Assembly (NCBI GenBank): GCA_963695855.1
Contig: CAVOHZ010000010.1
Coordinates: 1,248,001-1,312,000 of the forward strand
DNA: 64,000 nucleotides
Origin: an uncultured Nitrososphaerales archaeon
GTDB taxonomy: Archaea; Thermoproteota; Nitrososphaeria; Nitrososphaerales; Nitrososphaeraceae
Direction: 5' to 3'
The first letter of the stretch is position 1, and every line of letters starts with the position of its first letter. Position numbers and translations under genes: made by a program. This document shows, one piece after another, positions 1 to 12,045 of this stretch. The notes below the pieces were generated by a model, which was given only the letters and a program-made list of their open reading frames with translations, had not been told where the DNA came from and did no database searches.

Positions 1-521
1 TTCAGAGATTTGGTTCTTGCAGGATCTATAAAAGAAAAAGAGTAACTGCTTTTATTATAGATGAGACCATTATTCAGATTGGTAACCAGCACTTCTGGTT
101 ATGGTTTTGTATTGAACCAGACCACAGTTCTGTGCTTGGAATCTATCTCTCAGAGAAGAGAAACATGATAGTCGCTGAAAAGTTCATTCGATCTCTTGTA
201 TCAAAATATGGAAAACATGTTGTGTTTACAGATACAGATAATGGAGGTACATGGTATGATAAAGCATGTAACGTAATGGATTAAAACAGTATCTGCACTC
301 ACCATTTCAGAAAAATTTTGATGGAAAGAGTTAACCAATATTTTAATGATAGAATCGAATCTTTTGATGACTATTATCGTATATGCAAGAGGAATGTAAT
401 CTATTACATGAACATAACTGGATACAATTCTTTGTCCCTGTGTATAATGATATAATATTTGAAAATTATTTTATAATTGAGATGCAAGAGAGAGGTGAAT
501 TTATATTAAGTTAATAGAGCC
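1..521 (+). mobile_element. IS6-family element, 3' part (degenerate DDE transposase), cut by the window edge
   Basis: Frames give IDETIIQIG, YTD..GGTWY and ERVNQYF..R.E.FDDYY motifs; ends in TIR TTAAGTTAATAGAGCC (506-521); closely similar to 10730-11396. Confidence 0.85.
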
Positions 522-665
522 TAATTAAACCCATTATTGATGATGAGCATATTTTTAATGTAATAATAAATAGAACGTATAATTAGGTTTTATCGGATCA
601 TTGCCAAGTTATAAAAATTTGATTAAGCATAAAAAGAAAAAAGAAAAAAATTATTTATTTTTTAT

Positions 666-1223
666 TTATCCGTTATACGGACTTTCTATCTTTCTTATGT
701 AATTGAAAGTAATTCGCATTGTATCGTTGTAATATCTTTGTGAGAGTTCTAATGATTTCTTAACATTCTCAACCCCACTTACAAAAATTTCATTTATAAA
801 ATTTGTTGTATTTACTGTACTATCTTGTATGTTTTTGTTTAACGTATTATATGTTTCAGAGTATCTTTCTGGAATATTGAAATTTTGCCAGTATGACTTG
901 TTTATATTGTTCAAGAATTGAGAACACGATGATTGATATGTGTTAAAGATATTTTTTTGTAATTCTATAATGTTGGAAGATGCTTCTTGTGTAGTTTTGC
1001 TGATTTGTTCTTGATAATTCCTGAATGTATCTGCGTTCTTTTCAAAAATTCTTCGGTTATCACCTTGAAATTTATTTACGCTTTCATTAATCTTTTCTGT
1101 AGTTTGAGATATATTGGATGCTGTATCCTTATATTGTTGTTTCTGCTGTTCAAGGTATCTTTCTGTGGTTTCCTTAAATTGGTTTACATTTTCTTTTACA
1201 TCATCTTTTTTAGTTGAAGACAT
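666..1223 (-). CDS. Q/N-rich helical hypothetical protein (phasin-like character), paralog of 63384-63947
   Basis: 185-aa ORF aligning along its length with 63384-63947; upstream sequence also shared. Confidence 0.75.
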   Translation of the reverse strand: MSSTKKDDVKENVNQFKETTERYLEQQKQQYKDTASNISQTTEKINESVNKFQGDNRRIFEKNADTFRNYQEQISKTTQEASSNIIELQKNIFNTYQSSCSQFLNNINKSYWQNFNIPERYSETYNTLNKNIQDSTVNTTNFINEIFVSGVENVKKSLELSQRYYNDTMRITFNYIRKIESPYNG

Positions 1224-1647
1224 ACACTAAATATTGTTTTGAGGGATATTAAGATTAATACTATTGACTATGTATTTTTCATTTCTATTATATAGACAAT
1301 TGTCTAAAACGTTGTAAAACATAAGCAAGATGATTATGAAAGTATTAGTTATCATTAAAGTCAAAGGAAAATCGATATTAATATTTTAGAATTTTATATC
1401 GTCTATAAAAATGATCAATACAATTTAATACTGAATAGAATGTGCCCACAAGTTGAGCATCATGAGTGGAATTTAACATCATACATTTTATTTTTAAACT
1501 AATATACTACTTATATAATTATTTTACATATAACTTAGGATTAAATAAAATAAATATAATTTAAAATTCTTTTTGAAGAAAGATTAAAAAAATCAACTGA
1601 ATTTTTATAATTTCTATGTAATATTCTATAAATCAACAATTGTAACA

Positions 1648-1711
1648 AAGCCTTGATACCATACGGACTGGGGAGGATAGTCAACTGATTTTGAAACAAT
1701 TTTGTAGTTCA
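1648..1711 (+). repeat. tRNA-3'-end-derived att-like repeat, type A
   Basis: GCCTTGATACCATACGGACTGGGGAGGATAGTCAACTGATTTTGAAACAATTTTGTAGTTCA matches copies at 8465, 18608, 35516, 61333. Confidence 0.75.
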
Positions 1712-1829
1712 CGGAAAGTCGAAAATAATCTAAAGAACAGTCATTATCACATCTCATAAATGTCAACTAGGCGTTTAATATTATCTACTTTAGTACTACT
1801 GAAATATCAGGTTTGACAAAAAATGCTAG

Positions 1830-2747
1830 ATGATGTCATTTAAAAAAATTTTTCAGATGAGTAGAAAAAATCGAGAAATTTTAGTTTCTGCTTTTACTGC
1901 TGTATCTGTTGGAATTATTATCTATCAACTTGTTTATAATCCTACTAAATCAACAGAAATTATTATTTATTTGTTTGATCTGATAGTGACTGCTATTCTA
2001 ATTACAGATTTTTACTTGAGAATGAAAGAAGCAAAAGGAAGCAAACGCATTTTCATTCTCAAACATTTGTATGAGATTCCAGCGCTAATTCCGTTACTAA
2101 TTTTTGGAATATTTGAAAGCTATTCATATCTCAATATAATTTTCAGATTGTTAAGACTTATCCGTTTATTTAGGATCATGCATCTTTTTTCGCGAATTTT
2201 AATTTTTTCAGCTCAAACGAATAATCGTTTTCTCTATATTGTTTCAGTGTCAGGTCTGGCTGTAAGTGGTGGGGCAATTGGTTTATTTCTAGTTGAGGGC
2301 AATGTCCCAGAAAGCAAGGTAACAAATTTAGGAGATGCTTTTTGGTGGGCAATAGTAACTGTTACCACAGTAGGGTATGGAGATATTTACCCTGTTACTA
2401 CTGAAGGAAAAATCATAGCTAGCATTTTGATGATTGTTGGAATCGGTATTTTAGGAGTATTAATTTCTACACTTGGTGCGAGTTTTATAGAATCTAGACT
2501 TAAACCTAAAATAACCATAGAGGAAGAATCTAAAAAAGCAATAAATGAAAAAATTTGCAAACTGGAATCATTAAATAAAGATGAATATTCCTCCTTGATT
2601 TTATCAATTAGCAAACTTTATAATGATTTAAGATCAAAACCTAAAAGTAAAAATAATAATAATTCCAGTTGTATAAAATGCAATAATATCTATCCTGCAG
2701 ATTCTAGATTCTGTAATAAATGTGGATGCTCACTACAAAATAATTAA
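1830..2747 (+). CDS. Voltage-gated-type potassium channel with C-terminal zinc ribbon
   Basis: TTVGYGD selectivity filter; S4-like RLLRLIRLFR; C-terminal CxxC..CxxC. Confidence 0.92.
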   Translation: MMSFKKIFQMSRKNREILVSAFTAVSVGIIIYQLVYNPTKSTEIIIYLFDLIVTAILITDFYLRMKEAKGSKRIFILKHLYEIPALIPLLIFGIFESYSYLNIIFRLLRLIRLFRIMHLFSRILIFSAQTNNRFLYIVSVSGLAVSGGAIGLFLVEGNVPESKVTNLGDAFWWAIVTVTTVGYGDIYPVTTEGKIIASILMIVGIGILGVLISTLGASFIESRLKPKITIEEESKKAINEKICKLESLNKDEYSSLILSISKLYNDLRSKPKSKNNNNSSCIKCNNIYPADSRFCNKCGCSLQNN

Positions 2748-2786
2748 ATTTGCGTCGTAATAGTCAAACGAAAATCGAAACGTATG

Positions 2787-2840
2787 GTAATAATGTAGTT
2801 TCTGATGATTCAACTATCTTCAATACAATTTTGTAGTTCT
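2787..2840 (+). repeat. Degenerate type A att-like repeat
   Basis: TCAACTATCTTCAATACAATTTTGTAGTTC resembles the type A right arm. Confidence 0.5.
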
Positions 2841-3069
2841 ATTATATTTTATAATATGTTGAACAGAAATTTACGTTTAAAAAATGAAACAATATCATAA
2901 AATGTTTTATTTCTATGGAAAAACTCTTCCAGAATTGATAAAGTAAACAAGTTTACTAAACAATACAGTGATGGAAATACCTCTGATGTATCAATAATGG
3001 CAGTATTAGATAAACAAATAGAAATTCAAAAAAATTTTTCGTTTGGGTATTAGCGAAACAAGAAAATTA

Positions 3070-3565
3070 TCAAAATTTGGGTCTTATTATTTCATACACA
3101 TGATCAATATGTTTAAAGGATTTCATTCTTTCATTTGTACGAATATATAATTTATTAGTATCAAATTTGTCCATAATTAATTCATTAAGTTCCACTGAAA
3201 TAATGATATGGTTATCATTGGCATAACCCTCAAGTCTACTACATAAGTTAACGTTCTTTCCCATTGCTGTAATTTGTACTCTTGAAGGAGATTTCCAATA
3301 ACCAAAAACAACATCTCCTACATGAATAGCACATTTTAAATCAATATTAGTGCGTGGATTAAAACCAAAATAATTATTCCATAGTTTAAGATGCCTGTTT
3401 TTTATGTCATCAAATATTTTCCTTAATTCTATGGCAGCCACAATTGTTCTGCAAGGAACATCATCAAATTTTGTATCTTTAATACCAAAGTAAGCAAAGA
3501 TTCCATCGCCTATAAATTTATCCAAAATTCCATTATTATTGGTGATGATTTGTGACCCTGTATGA
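3070..3565 (-). pseudogene. Class III adenylate/guanylate cyclase, 5'-truncated at a MITE
   Basis: DKFIGDG, AIHVGDV and GKNVNLCSRLE motifs; the N-terminus in the ORF track lies inside MITE 3566-3693. Confidence 0.8.
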
Positions 3566-3693
3566 GGTCCTATTAAGTTAAGGAAAATAGATGGATAGAA
3601 TTGAAAAAACTTGTAAAAGTGAGCACACAACAGCACAGAACATAATAGAATTATATAATATTACTATTACTTTACTCTTAAGTTAACAGGGCC
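3566..3693. mobile_element. IS6-derived MITE (128 bp)
   Basis: TIRs GGTCCTATTAAGTTAAG / CTTAAGTTAACAGGGCC; interior homologous to the reverse complement of 17658-17776; no TSD visible. Confidence 0.75.
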
Positions 3694-3702
3694 AAAAATA
3701 AT

Positions 3703-4935
3703 CTATATCGTACTCTGATTTTCCTTAATAGTATATGTTCTGTCCTTCCAATTAACAGTGTGTTTATATCCAGAATTAATTATGGATGTAAAAAATGCAA
3801 TAAATACAAAAGTACACGCTAATGGAAAGGCTATCGAATAGAAGATATTTTGAACCATTAAATATTTTAAATGCAAAATACTTGTCATTATCAACAATAA
3901 AATTGATGTTATGGCTAAAGATAGCAAAACTAGATTTAGGTTGGTCATATAATCTGTTATATGTTCTTGCTGTAACACAGTGATCATAATTGAAAATGGC
4001 AATACAATTAGAGGTAGTAATAACAAAAGAAATGTTGCAATCACCATCAAATACGCCTTTATTTTTTCTCTTTTGTATATGGAAATCATTAATCTTGTAA
4101 GTCCATGCCAAAGAGTAGAAGGGTTTCTTGCCCATAAAGCCTCTATGTGGTCTTTGCCATTAACTACTTTAAGTTTAAAGCCTTTCTCTTTTACTTTTCT
4201 TCCTAGCGCACCATCTTCTACAATTTCATCCTTTACTGCTTTATGAGTACCTATTGCCTCATAGGTTTTTCGTGTTATTATAAAAAAACTTCCAAAGAGG
4301 TATCCTATCTTGCTATTGGGATTATTTGCTTTTAGCGCGGAGTATCTAGCCAAAGAAAGAGTCCAAAGTATAGGTAGAGTAATCTTTGTCCAAAAATCAG
4401 TTGCCAATATTTTGGGCATTGCGGTAAGAGCATCAAGTTCTTCAGACAAAAAATGATTCACAGCTAAAGAGATAGAGGTTAAAGAATGTATAGTATCGGC
4501 ATCAGTAAAAAGAAAGAGATCGCCTGTTGATTTAAGATATCCCTGATGGCAAGCCCAATTCTTTCCTGTCCAGTAATCAGGCTTTGGTTCTGCATTAACA
4601 TACACAACTCTAGAATTTGTTGTGCTATAATTCTTAATTATTTCAGCTGTTCTATCAGATGAAGAATCATTAATTACAACTATTTCATAATTGGAATAAT
4701 CTTGATCAATTAAACTTTCTAGACATTTCTCTATGTATTTTTCCTCGTTTCTTGCAGGAACAATTATGCTCACCTTGGGAAGAACAATGTTTTTTTTAGA
4801 TGATGTGAAAGAATGTAGTTTTGGTACCTCTATTAGAGATTTTATAGTACAAACAAGAAAGTATACCCATGAAAAGAAAACACTAGAAATAATAGCAACT
4901 AACGTTATTAATAAAGCAAAATTATATTCGACCAA
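3703..4935 (-). CDS. Glycosyltransferase family 2, membrane-bound
   Basis: VSIIVPARNEE, NDSSSDRT, FTDAD and EDGALG motifs; TM segments at both ends. Confidence 0.92.
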   Translation of the reverse strand: MVEYNFALLITLVAIISSVFFSWVYFLVCTIKSLIEVPKLHSFTSSKKNIVLPKVSIIVPARNEEKYIEKCLESLIDQDYSNYEIVVINDSSSDRTAEIIKNYSTTNSRVVYVNAEPKPDYWTGKNWACHQGYLKSTGDLFLFTDADTIHSLTSISLAVNHFLSEELDALTAMPKILATDFWTKITLPILWTLSLARYSALKANNPNSKIGYLFGSFFIITRKTYEAIGTHKAVKDEIVEDGALGRKVKEKGFKLKVVNGKDHIEALWARNPSTLWHGLTRLMISIYKREKIKAYLMVIATFLLLLLPLIVLPFSIMITVLQQEHITDYMTNLNLVLLSLAITSILLLIMTSILHLKYLMVQNIFYSIAFPLACTFVFIAFFTSIINSGYKHTVNWKDRTYTIKENQSTI

Positions 4936-5059
4936 TTATATAAAGAAACCTTTCTTTTTATATATAAATAATATTTATATTGTTTTATGCCTACAATATC
5001 TATAAATACATCGAAATTTATGAGAATACCTAAACAATCTAATACCTTTCCTATTTTGC

Positions 5060-5107
5060 TATATTTTGGTATCGGAGGGTTAGAGTATGACACGTAATTG
5101 GGATCTG
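5060..5107 (+). repeat. att-like repeat, type B
   Basis: GGTATCGGAGGGTTAGAGTATGACACGTAATTGGGATC matches 17205 and 39139. Confidence 0.7.
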
Positions 5108-5436
5108 TCTTTTACAAATTTAAATTTTTATATTGTTAAACTTTTAGTATAATTAAAAATTATTTTTTATATGCTTTACGATAGATATGGGAAGGTAAAA
5201 ATAAATCTTATTGTTATTTTGAGAAAACTATTCATCCATGTTGTTCTTTTGTTGTCTACCCGTTAAATAGAATATTATTACGATCACATAAATACAAGCA
5301 TAGAGTATTGACCACTATAGATGTTTTGCTAAATTAACTGACATGGATAATTAACAATATATTCATAAATTTGAAAAAAGAAAGATAATATCATTTATAG
5401 ATGAATTGTTTTATTGGATAAGGATGATAAGTTGTC

Positions 5437-6411
5437 TTAAAAAAAACTGCCTAGTCTAGTTAAAGTATTCTCATTAAATAAGTTAAGCTCTTTATTATAT
5501 ACGCATTTATTTAATTCATTTCCATCGCTGTTACAACTTTGAATAAGTAGTAAAATTCTTTTATTCTGGAAAATATCATAAGGAAGAAAAGTGATTTGAC
5601 TTTCTTTTCCATTGAATTTTTCTAAAATACTTCCTGATTTACCCTCCAATCCAAACTTAACCGATGTAAGATTTGAAAACTGCTCTTTTTTCTCATGGAG
5701 TTTTTTTGAGATTGAAGTCTCATTTTTATTAGAGTCTCCAATCTTTACTCCATTTTTGTCAATTATTACCAATCTGGTATTATTTTGTATATTAATAGAC
5801 TGAAGAAATTGGTCATAATTGTTAAAATTAATAGTTCCAAACAGTATTCCTATCATATCCTTTTCTTTTATTACTGGAGTAGCAATTACTGCCAGATTTC
5901 TTCCTGTCGCTTTAGAAATAATTGCATCGCTCAAGTAAGTTTTTTTAGTCTGTTCAACTACTTGATAATAATCTCTAAATGCAAGATTGTTTGTAGTTAG
6001 ATTTAATTGACGTTCAAATGGCTCATCAAAATACACCTCTCCGTTATTTAATAAAAATACAATTGATGAAAATTCGTTAAATTGATCCAAAAGTATTTTA
6101 GCTATTTTTCTCTTCTCAATATCTGCATCTTCTGGTATGCCATTGATTTTTGAATCTACCAAATTTTTATCAGGAGGCTGTAAAATTTGTGGTAGACTGC
6201 TAGCAATTTGTAGAGCTGTAGCTAGTTTTGTTACCTTACTCTCAAGTATTGTTTTTATATTTTTGAGTTCATTTAAAAGTGAGGAATTATTTTCGTTCGC
6301 TTTATAATAGTATTGAGTATCTTGAGCATACACACAGATGGATAGGTTTGCAGAAAATACAATAATACTGATAGTAATAATACCAAATAAAAGATCTAAA
6401 ATCTTTGACAT
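5437..6411 (-). CDS. Secreted or membrane-anchored Cache (dCache) domain protein
   Basis: Signal-like N-terminus; FRDYYQ, YLSDAIISKATG and VIATPV Cache motifs. Confidence 0.85.
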   Translation of the reverse strand: MSKILDLLFGIITISIIVFSANLSICVYAQDTQYYYKANENNSSLLNELKNIKTILESKVTKLATALQIASSLPQILQPPDKNLVDSKINGIPEDADIEKRKIAKILLDQFNEFSSIVFLLNNGEVYFDEPFERQLNLTTNNLAFRDYYQVVEQTKKTYLSDAIISKATGRNLAVIATPVIKEKDMIGILFGTINFNNYDQFLQSINIQNNTRLVIIDKNGVKIGDSNKNETSISKKLHEKKEQFSNLTSVKFGLEGKSGSILEKFNGKESQITFLPYDIFQNKRILLLIQSCNSDGNELNKCVYNKELNLFNENTLTRLGSFF

Positions 6412-6631
6412 TATTTAATCTTTAAAATTTCAATAATCATTCAATATAATCCTATCTATGATCTCGCATTTCCTTTCTCATCCATTACTGCAATCTGTAA
6501 GTAGTTCTTATGGAGATCCATTCCCACATACATCATACTACTGTTAGAGCATAACTTACTGTCTGATTTGTATTTACTGGACTTGTTCACATATAGTTAG
6601 CTCTTTCCTTAAGTTAACAGCACCCATTAAA

Positions 6632-7681
6632 TTATAATTTTTGCGGAGTAGTAATCAGCTTTCCGAATAATTGTGACTCCATCATTTTTATGTGACCCAT
6701 TACCATCTCTTCAAAAGGATAAACTGTGTCTATTATTGCTTTTATTTTTCCTTTACTTGTCCATTTAATTACCTCTTCTAATCCTGCACGTGTTCCTTGG
6801 GTAGCTCCGATAAGATTTAGTCCCTTAAAGAAGAGATATCTCAAGTCTAATTTTGAATCATATCCTGTTGTGGCTCCTGTAGATACTAAGGTACCTCCCA
6901 TATTTAAGAGACTAACTTCTTGTGGAAATACAGATTTTCCTATATGTTCAAAAATAATATCTACACCTTGATTATTTGTTAAGCTTCTAACTTTCTTGTA
7001 CCAATCAGGCTCTCTATGATTTACAACATGATGAGCACCTAATTCAAGGCATTTACTCATTTTTTCTTCCGTACCAGCTGTTGCAATAACATCACAATTG
7101 AACAGCTTTGCAATTTGAATACCTGCTATTCCCATACCACTTCCACCTCCCATAATCAAAACAGTTTGCCCTGGTTGAATATTAGCTCTAGTAACTAACA
7201 TGTGCCAGGCTGTCATTCCAACCATAGAATTAGCCGCTGCATCTTGAAAAGAAAGATTATCTGGGATTTTTATAACGTTGACTTCTGGTAAATATGTATA
7301 TTGAGCAAACCCTCCCCATAAAGGACCAGTTTGAAAACCCCATACTTGTCTATGACGACAATCATATTCTTTGCCTGAAGTACAGTCCTTACATATTCTA
7401 CAGGTTAGATTGGGATGTCCTACTATTCGGTCTCCTTTTTTTATATCTAAAATATTTTCTCCAATATCTGCTACTGTTCCAGAAACATCACTTCCAGAAA
7501 TGTGAGGAAGAGGAATCTTAATTGGTTCTCCCCATATTCCCCAAAGATCATCATAATTATAAGAAGCTGCTTCAACTTTTATAAGAACTTGATTATGCTT
7601 GATTTTCGGAATTTCTATCTCTTCTATTTTTACAACTTTTCTTGGATCCTTATTATGCTCACGATATACAGCTGCCTTCAT
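6632..7681 (-). CDS. Zinc-binding dehydrogenase/reductase (MDR family)
   Basis: PHISGSDVSG; structural Zn CxxCxxC...C; GGGSGMG nucleotide-binding loop. Confidence 0.9.
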   Translation of the reverse strand: MKAAVYREHNKDPRKVVKIEEIEIPKIKHNQVLIKVEAASYNYDDLWGIWGEPIKIPLPHISGSDVSGTVADIGENILDIKKGDRIVGHPNLTCRICKDCTSGKEYDCRHRQVWGFQTGPLWGGFAQYTYLPEVNVIKIPDNLSFQDAAANSMVGMTAWHMLVTRANIQPGQTVLIMGGGSGMGIAGIQIAKLFNCDVIATAGTEEKMSKCLELGAHHVVNHREPDWYKKVRSLTNNQGVDIIFEHIGKSVFPQEVSLLNMGGTLVSTGATTGYDSKLDLRYLFFKGLNLIGATQGTRAGLEEVIKWTSKGKIKAIIDTVYPFEEMVMGHIKMMESQLFGKLITTPQKL

Positions 7682-8464
7682 GTCACTATAAAAAATACAA
7701 TATGGAATTTAAAGAATAGGTTTACAAAGTATTGTAAAAAAAATATATAAACAGAAAGTAGTAATAGCAATATTATAGAAATAAAAAGCAGTTAACTTAA
7801 CTTCCAATTCTCTCTCTCAAAGTATCTCTCAAATTAATAAATAAAATTTTGTATATATGATAATGCCTAATCTTGATCAATGGATCAATCAAAGTAGTAA
7901 AAATGAAGAACTGACGACGACAACAAACAAATTCAAAAATTGTTTGCTAACTATTAGAGCTGAACATCAAACGAGGATACGATCTAATATACATCCTACC
8001 GATAATGCATATCGTGAAAAAATTGTGGAGTTGATAAATTGAACTCTCGAAACATATAGAGCAGCCAATATACATAAGGTCCAACAGAATGAACAAATAA
8101 TAATAGATAATTTTATAGATGAACTTCACAAAAAAGAGATATAACTATAAACAAAAAGAATAGATATCTACTAAAAGATGAAGTCTTGATGTATAGACAA
8201 GAAGAAGATACTCTTGATTATATTCTATTTATAATCCATGACATGACTGATAAATTTTAGTATTAAAATAGAGATTTTGTTTACATTTTAAAGAAAACAA
8301 AGTACTTGTAAAATAAAACTTCTGGAATTCTACCAAAATATTTGCATTGTTCCTATTTGATAATCTGTGAATCTTTTCTACTGTATATCTTTTCTACTGT
8401 ATATTTTAACTTCGTTGCTATTTCTATGAACTACTCATTTCTTCTACTACATTGTCATCCAAAA

Positions 8465-8532
8465 TATATTAACGCAATTGGTTACTTGGCTCTGAGGATA
8501 GTCAATTGTTTTTGACACAGTATTGTAGTTCA
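8465..8532 (+). repeat. att-like repeat, type A
   Basis: GGCTCTGAGGATAGTCAATTGTTTTTGACACAGTATTGTAGTTCA. Confidence 0.7.
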
Positions 8533-8595
8533 TTTTCTACAGTTTTTATAAAATAATTTTATCTTCAATTCTTATTGATGAAAAAATGTTAAAAA

Positions 8596-9555
8596 TTAAT
8601 CCTCAAGAAATGTATTTATCACTTTACTTAATCTTTCGGGGTATTGAAACATCAACGCATGACCACCATCCTTGAATTGTGCTAGCCATGCTCCTGGAAT
8701 TTTCTCTATAAGTATCATAGAATTAGCAGATGATAAGACAAGATCATTAGTTCCTGTTACGACAAGAGTATCTTGTGATATATCTTTTAATTGATCACAT
8801 ATTCCTTCAAACGAGAAAATTGCGTCTGTTTGTCTTTTAAGAATCTCAGTAGGTGGCAACTCAAGTGAGGCAAATTTTTCCAAGTAATCAGCATTTTGTT
8901 TTATCCAATCTGGAGTAAATAGTAGAGGGATAATTCGTTTCTTTATATCGTCAGCAGAAGCAGATTGATTTGTCACTTGATTAAAAATGTCGGGATTTGG
9001 TGGAGTTGATTGATTTCCACCACAATAAGAAGCATATATTATTAAATCATCAACTTTGCTTGGATAGTTTAATGCTAATTTCTGGGCAATCATTCCACCC
9101 ATTGAATATCCCAAGATGTCAGATTTGTTAATCTTAAGAGCATCTAGCAATCCTTTACTATCATTTGCAAATTGATCAATTGAGAAATTTTTAGATCCTA
9201 CAGTAGGGTTACCAATACCACGGTTATCAAAGACTATGACTGTATGATTTGCAGATAATCCTTTCAAAAAAATAGGATCCCAGTCATTCATAGATCCTGC
9301 ATATCCCATTATTAGTAAAATTGGATCTCCTTTGCCAAAGATTTTATATGAAATATCTATATCTCCAACTTCAACTTGTTTGGATAGATTATTATCTAAT
9401 TTGCTTATGTTACTATCATTGTCTGAATTTATAATTTGACCATAAATTAAAACTGGATGATAGTAATTACCAATCATTACCAAACTAATAGTAGTGGTTA
9501 CAGCAATAATTACTACAATATTGAATTGCGAAATCATTACCATTATTATCTCCAT
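8596..9555 (-). CDS. Alpha/beta hydrolase with N-terminal membrane anchor
   Basis: GYSMGG nucleophile elbow; FDNRGIG; GGH catalytic His. Confidence 0.9.
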   Translation of the reverse strand: MEIIMVMISQFNIVVIIAVTTTISLVMIGNYYHPVLIYGQIINSDNDSNISKLDNNLSKQVEVGDIDISYKIFGKGDPILLIMGYAGSMNDWDPIFLKGLSANHTVIVFDNRGIGNPTVGSKNFSIDQFANDSKGLLDALKINKSDILGYSMGGMIAQKLALNYPSKVDDLIIYASYCGGNQSTPPNPDIFNQVTNQSASADDIKKRIIPLLFTPDWIKQNADYLEKFASLELPPTEILKRQTDAIFSFEGICDQLKDISQDTLVVTGTNDLVLSSANSMILIEKIPGAWLAQFKDGGHALMFQYPERLSKVINTFLED

Positions 9556-9947
9556 CCTCCTCGTTTTTTAATGGAAGTACGTGATTCGTCTAGTGTTTCA
9601 AAAACTTCTACGTTGTTATTCGGAAAAGAGAATTTTACGTTTGCTGAATGTGATGTATAAGGTCCACAAAAAATACCACTAACCTGTCCTTTCGAACGGT
9701 GAATTTCATATCCGCGAAATTTTGTAGTATCTTCGCGAACCTTGGTACATAATATCCTTTGCCCTTCAACATATGTTAGATTTTTATCCAAGCAAATGGT
9801 CCAATATGTTGCCATTTCTGGAATCTCAATATCTTTATCTTTAAAGTTTGCTTCTATTAGAGAATGTTCTAAATTGTATTCATCTGGATTTAAGATTCTA
9901 GAACCTGTAAGTTTACTTTTTCCTTCACATAAGAAGTTACCTAACAT
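9546..9947 (-). pseudogene. Hypothetical protein, possibly a degenerate relative of 19948-20490
   Basis: Similar spacing of the ATYW..EGQ.IL and FETLDE.. segments; weak. Confidence 0.4.
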
Positions 9948-10154
9948 CCTTAGTCGTTAATTTATTTAATTGCCTCATCTTTATAAAATATATAGTTTGC
10001 AATCTTTTGTTTTCTAACACATTAGCAGAATCAGATTCAATATTTAATTCTTCATTAAAGATAACAGGAAAAAATCTAAAAAGTAAATTGTCAAGGAGAG
10101 TAGATGATCAAGAATCATTAATTAATCACAAAAATAATTTAGGACTAATCTATT

Positions 10155-10565
10155 TTAATTAAATTTATCGAGTAAAGGTGATTTACATGGTATGGAATAG
10201 TTCACATTTACTTCGGCCCCATTATCATCCTTCATATAATCATTATTTTTATCATCAAAAAAACTTATCACATAGTCATCAGAATAGATATCATCTGCTA
10301 TTACATAATCGTCAAAACCACCAGTATTATTTGTAGCAAAATAACCGTATGGATCAACAAATCCGGTTGAATTAATGAATTCCCAGTAAACGTTTCCATC
10401 TCTATTGAATCCATTTACTGTGAAATTTACTCTATGATCTGACAATTTTCCACATTCTGGAGAGACTTGAACGATTGGTTTAATAGCATAAATTGTGGTA
10501 TGTTCAGAAAGAGTATTTAATGCAAAGACAATTATTGTAATCAATGGAAAAAGCAAAAGTTTCAT
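10155..10565 (-). CDS. Secreted hypothetical protein
   Basis: 136-aa ORF with signal-peptide-like N-terminus. Confidence 0.7.
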   Translation of the reverse strand: MKLLLFPLITIIVFALNTLSEHTTIYAIKPIVQVSPECGKLSDHRVNFTVNGFNRDGNVYWEFINSTGFVDPYGYFATNNTGGFDDYVIADDIYSDDYVISFFDDKNNDYMKDDNGAEVNVNYSIPCKSPLLDKFN

Positions 10566-10729
10566 AGATTTTTCTGTGTATCGTCTATTTTAAATATTAC
10601 TATATGGTTTTAAAGAAAACAACCCATCATTTAAGAAAATGAAAAAGATATACATGGTAAAAATAGTCCTGTTCCTTTGGAACTTATCTCTTTAAAAAAA
10701 GAAAATTAAATTTTTTCGTTATCTAAAAC

Positions 10730-11396
10730 GGGTGTGTTCAGATAAGCAGCAAAAGCTATAGCTGAGAATGTTCTAAATATACTATGAAAATCAAATTTGA
10801 AAGAAATACAACATGTAACTGTATTGTAATATATTCTTTGTATCTATATTTTCTTGGTCTCAGTTTAAGAAATACTTCTAAAGTATTAATGCTCTTTAAA
10901 CAAACGTAAGAAAAGGAGTTACGTGTCTGTATGGAATTGGGGTTCAAAGATTTGGATCCTGCCAGATCTATAAAAGAAAAAGAATAACTGCCTTTATTAT
11001 AGATGAAACTATTATTCAGATTGGTAATCAGCACTTCTGGTTATGGTTTTGTATTGAACCAATCCACAGTTCTTTGCTTGGAATCTATATCTCAGAGGAG
11101 AGAAACATGATAGTTGCTGAAAAGTTCATAAGGTCTGTTGTATCAAACTATGGAACACATGCCGTGTATACAGATAATGGAGGTACATGGTATGATAAAG
11201 CATGTAACGTAATTGGATTAAAACAGTATCTACACTCACCATTTCAGAAAAATTTTGATGGAAAGAGTCAACCAGTATTTGAAAGACAGAATAGAAAGTT
11301 TTGATGATTACTCTCCTTGTATGCAAGAGGATTGTAATCTATTTCATGTACATAACTGGATACAATTCTTTGTTTCGATGTATAATGATACTATAT
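10730..11396 (+). mobile_element. IS6-family element, degenerate, right end missing
   Basis: Degenerate left TIR GGGTGTGTTCAGATAAG; frameshifted transposase (LGIYISEERNM, YTDNGGTWY, ERVNQYLKDRIESFDDY). Confidence 0.85.
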
Positions 11397-11406
11397 ATAA
11401 AAGCAT

Positions 11407-11952
11407 TCAACAATCTCCTAATCTTTTGGTTTCTGAGCTACCTTCTTTAGTACATACATTTTTGAGATTATACCCACAATTATCAATATATGCCTTGTAG
11501 TTATCATAATAGACATCATGATACCCTATTTTTTTGAATTCATCCATTAGCCAATCGGCTGCCTTATTGATGTGTGTAGATTTACTATGTCTATTATGAA
11601 ACAAGATTAGATAATTTAATTTTGTTTTTATATTATCCAATGAAACTTCACCTAATAATGATATAACGGCATATCTAATTTTTTTTCAGACTTTTGTATG
11701 TCAATTATAATTGTTTTTGTATTTCTAATTCTTTTATCTATTTGAAAATTTTTACACATATTTAATTCAACAGTATATTTTACTCATGAACTTTTTATTA
11801 TCCTCCACTATCTTATCATTATCTATTTGTTTATTAAAAAAGGATCTTAAAACCTTGTCTTTTTTGTAAATTGCAATAGCATTTTTAGAATCAGTATTAA
11901 TTTCTGACATGCGAATGTTTTTCTCGATATATTTAGGTTTATTTATGAGCAA
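11407..11952 (-). pseudogene. Fragmented M28-like aminopeptidase N-terminal region, cut at the IS6
   Basis: FHNRHSKSTHINKAADWLMDEFKKIGY...NV segment; broken into fragments. Confidence 0.5.
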
Positions 11953-12045
11953 ATAGAAAATACTTCTATGTTAAAATTTACAATCTTTTAGACGCCGAAA
12001 AGATTTTTTTACCAATAAAAATGGCTATAGAATTGTAATAATTAC

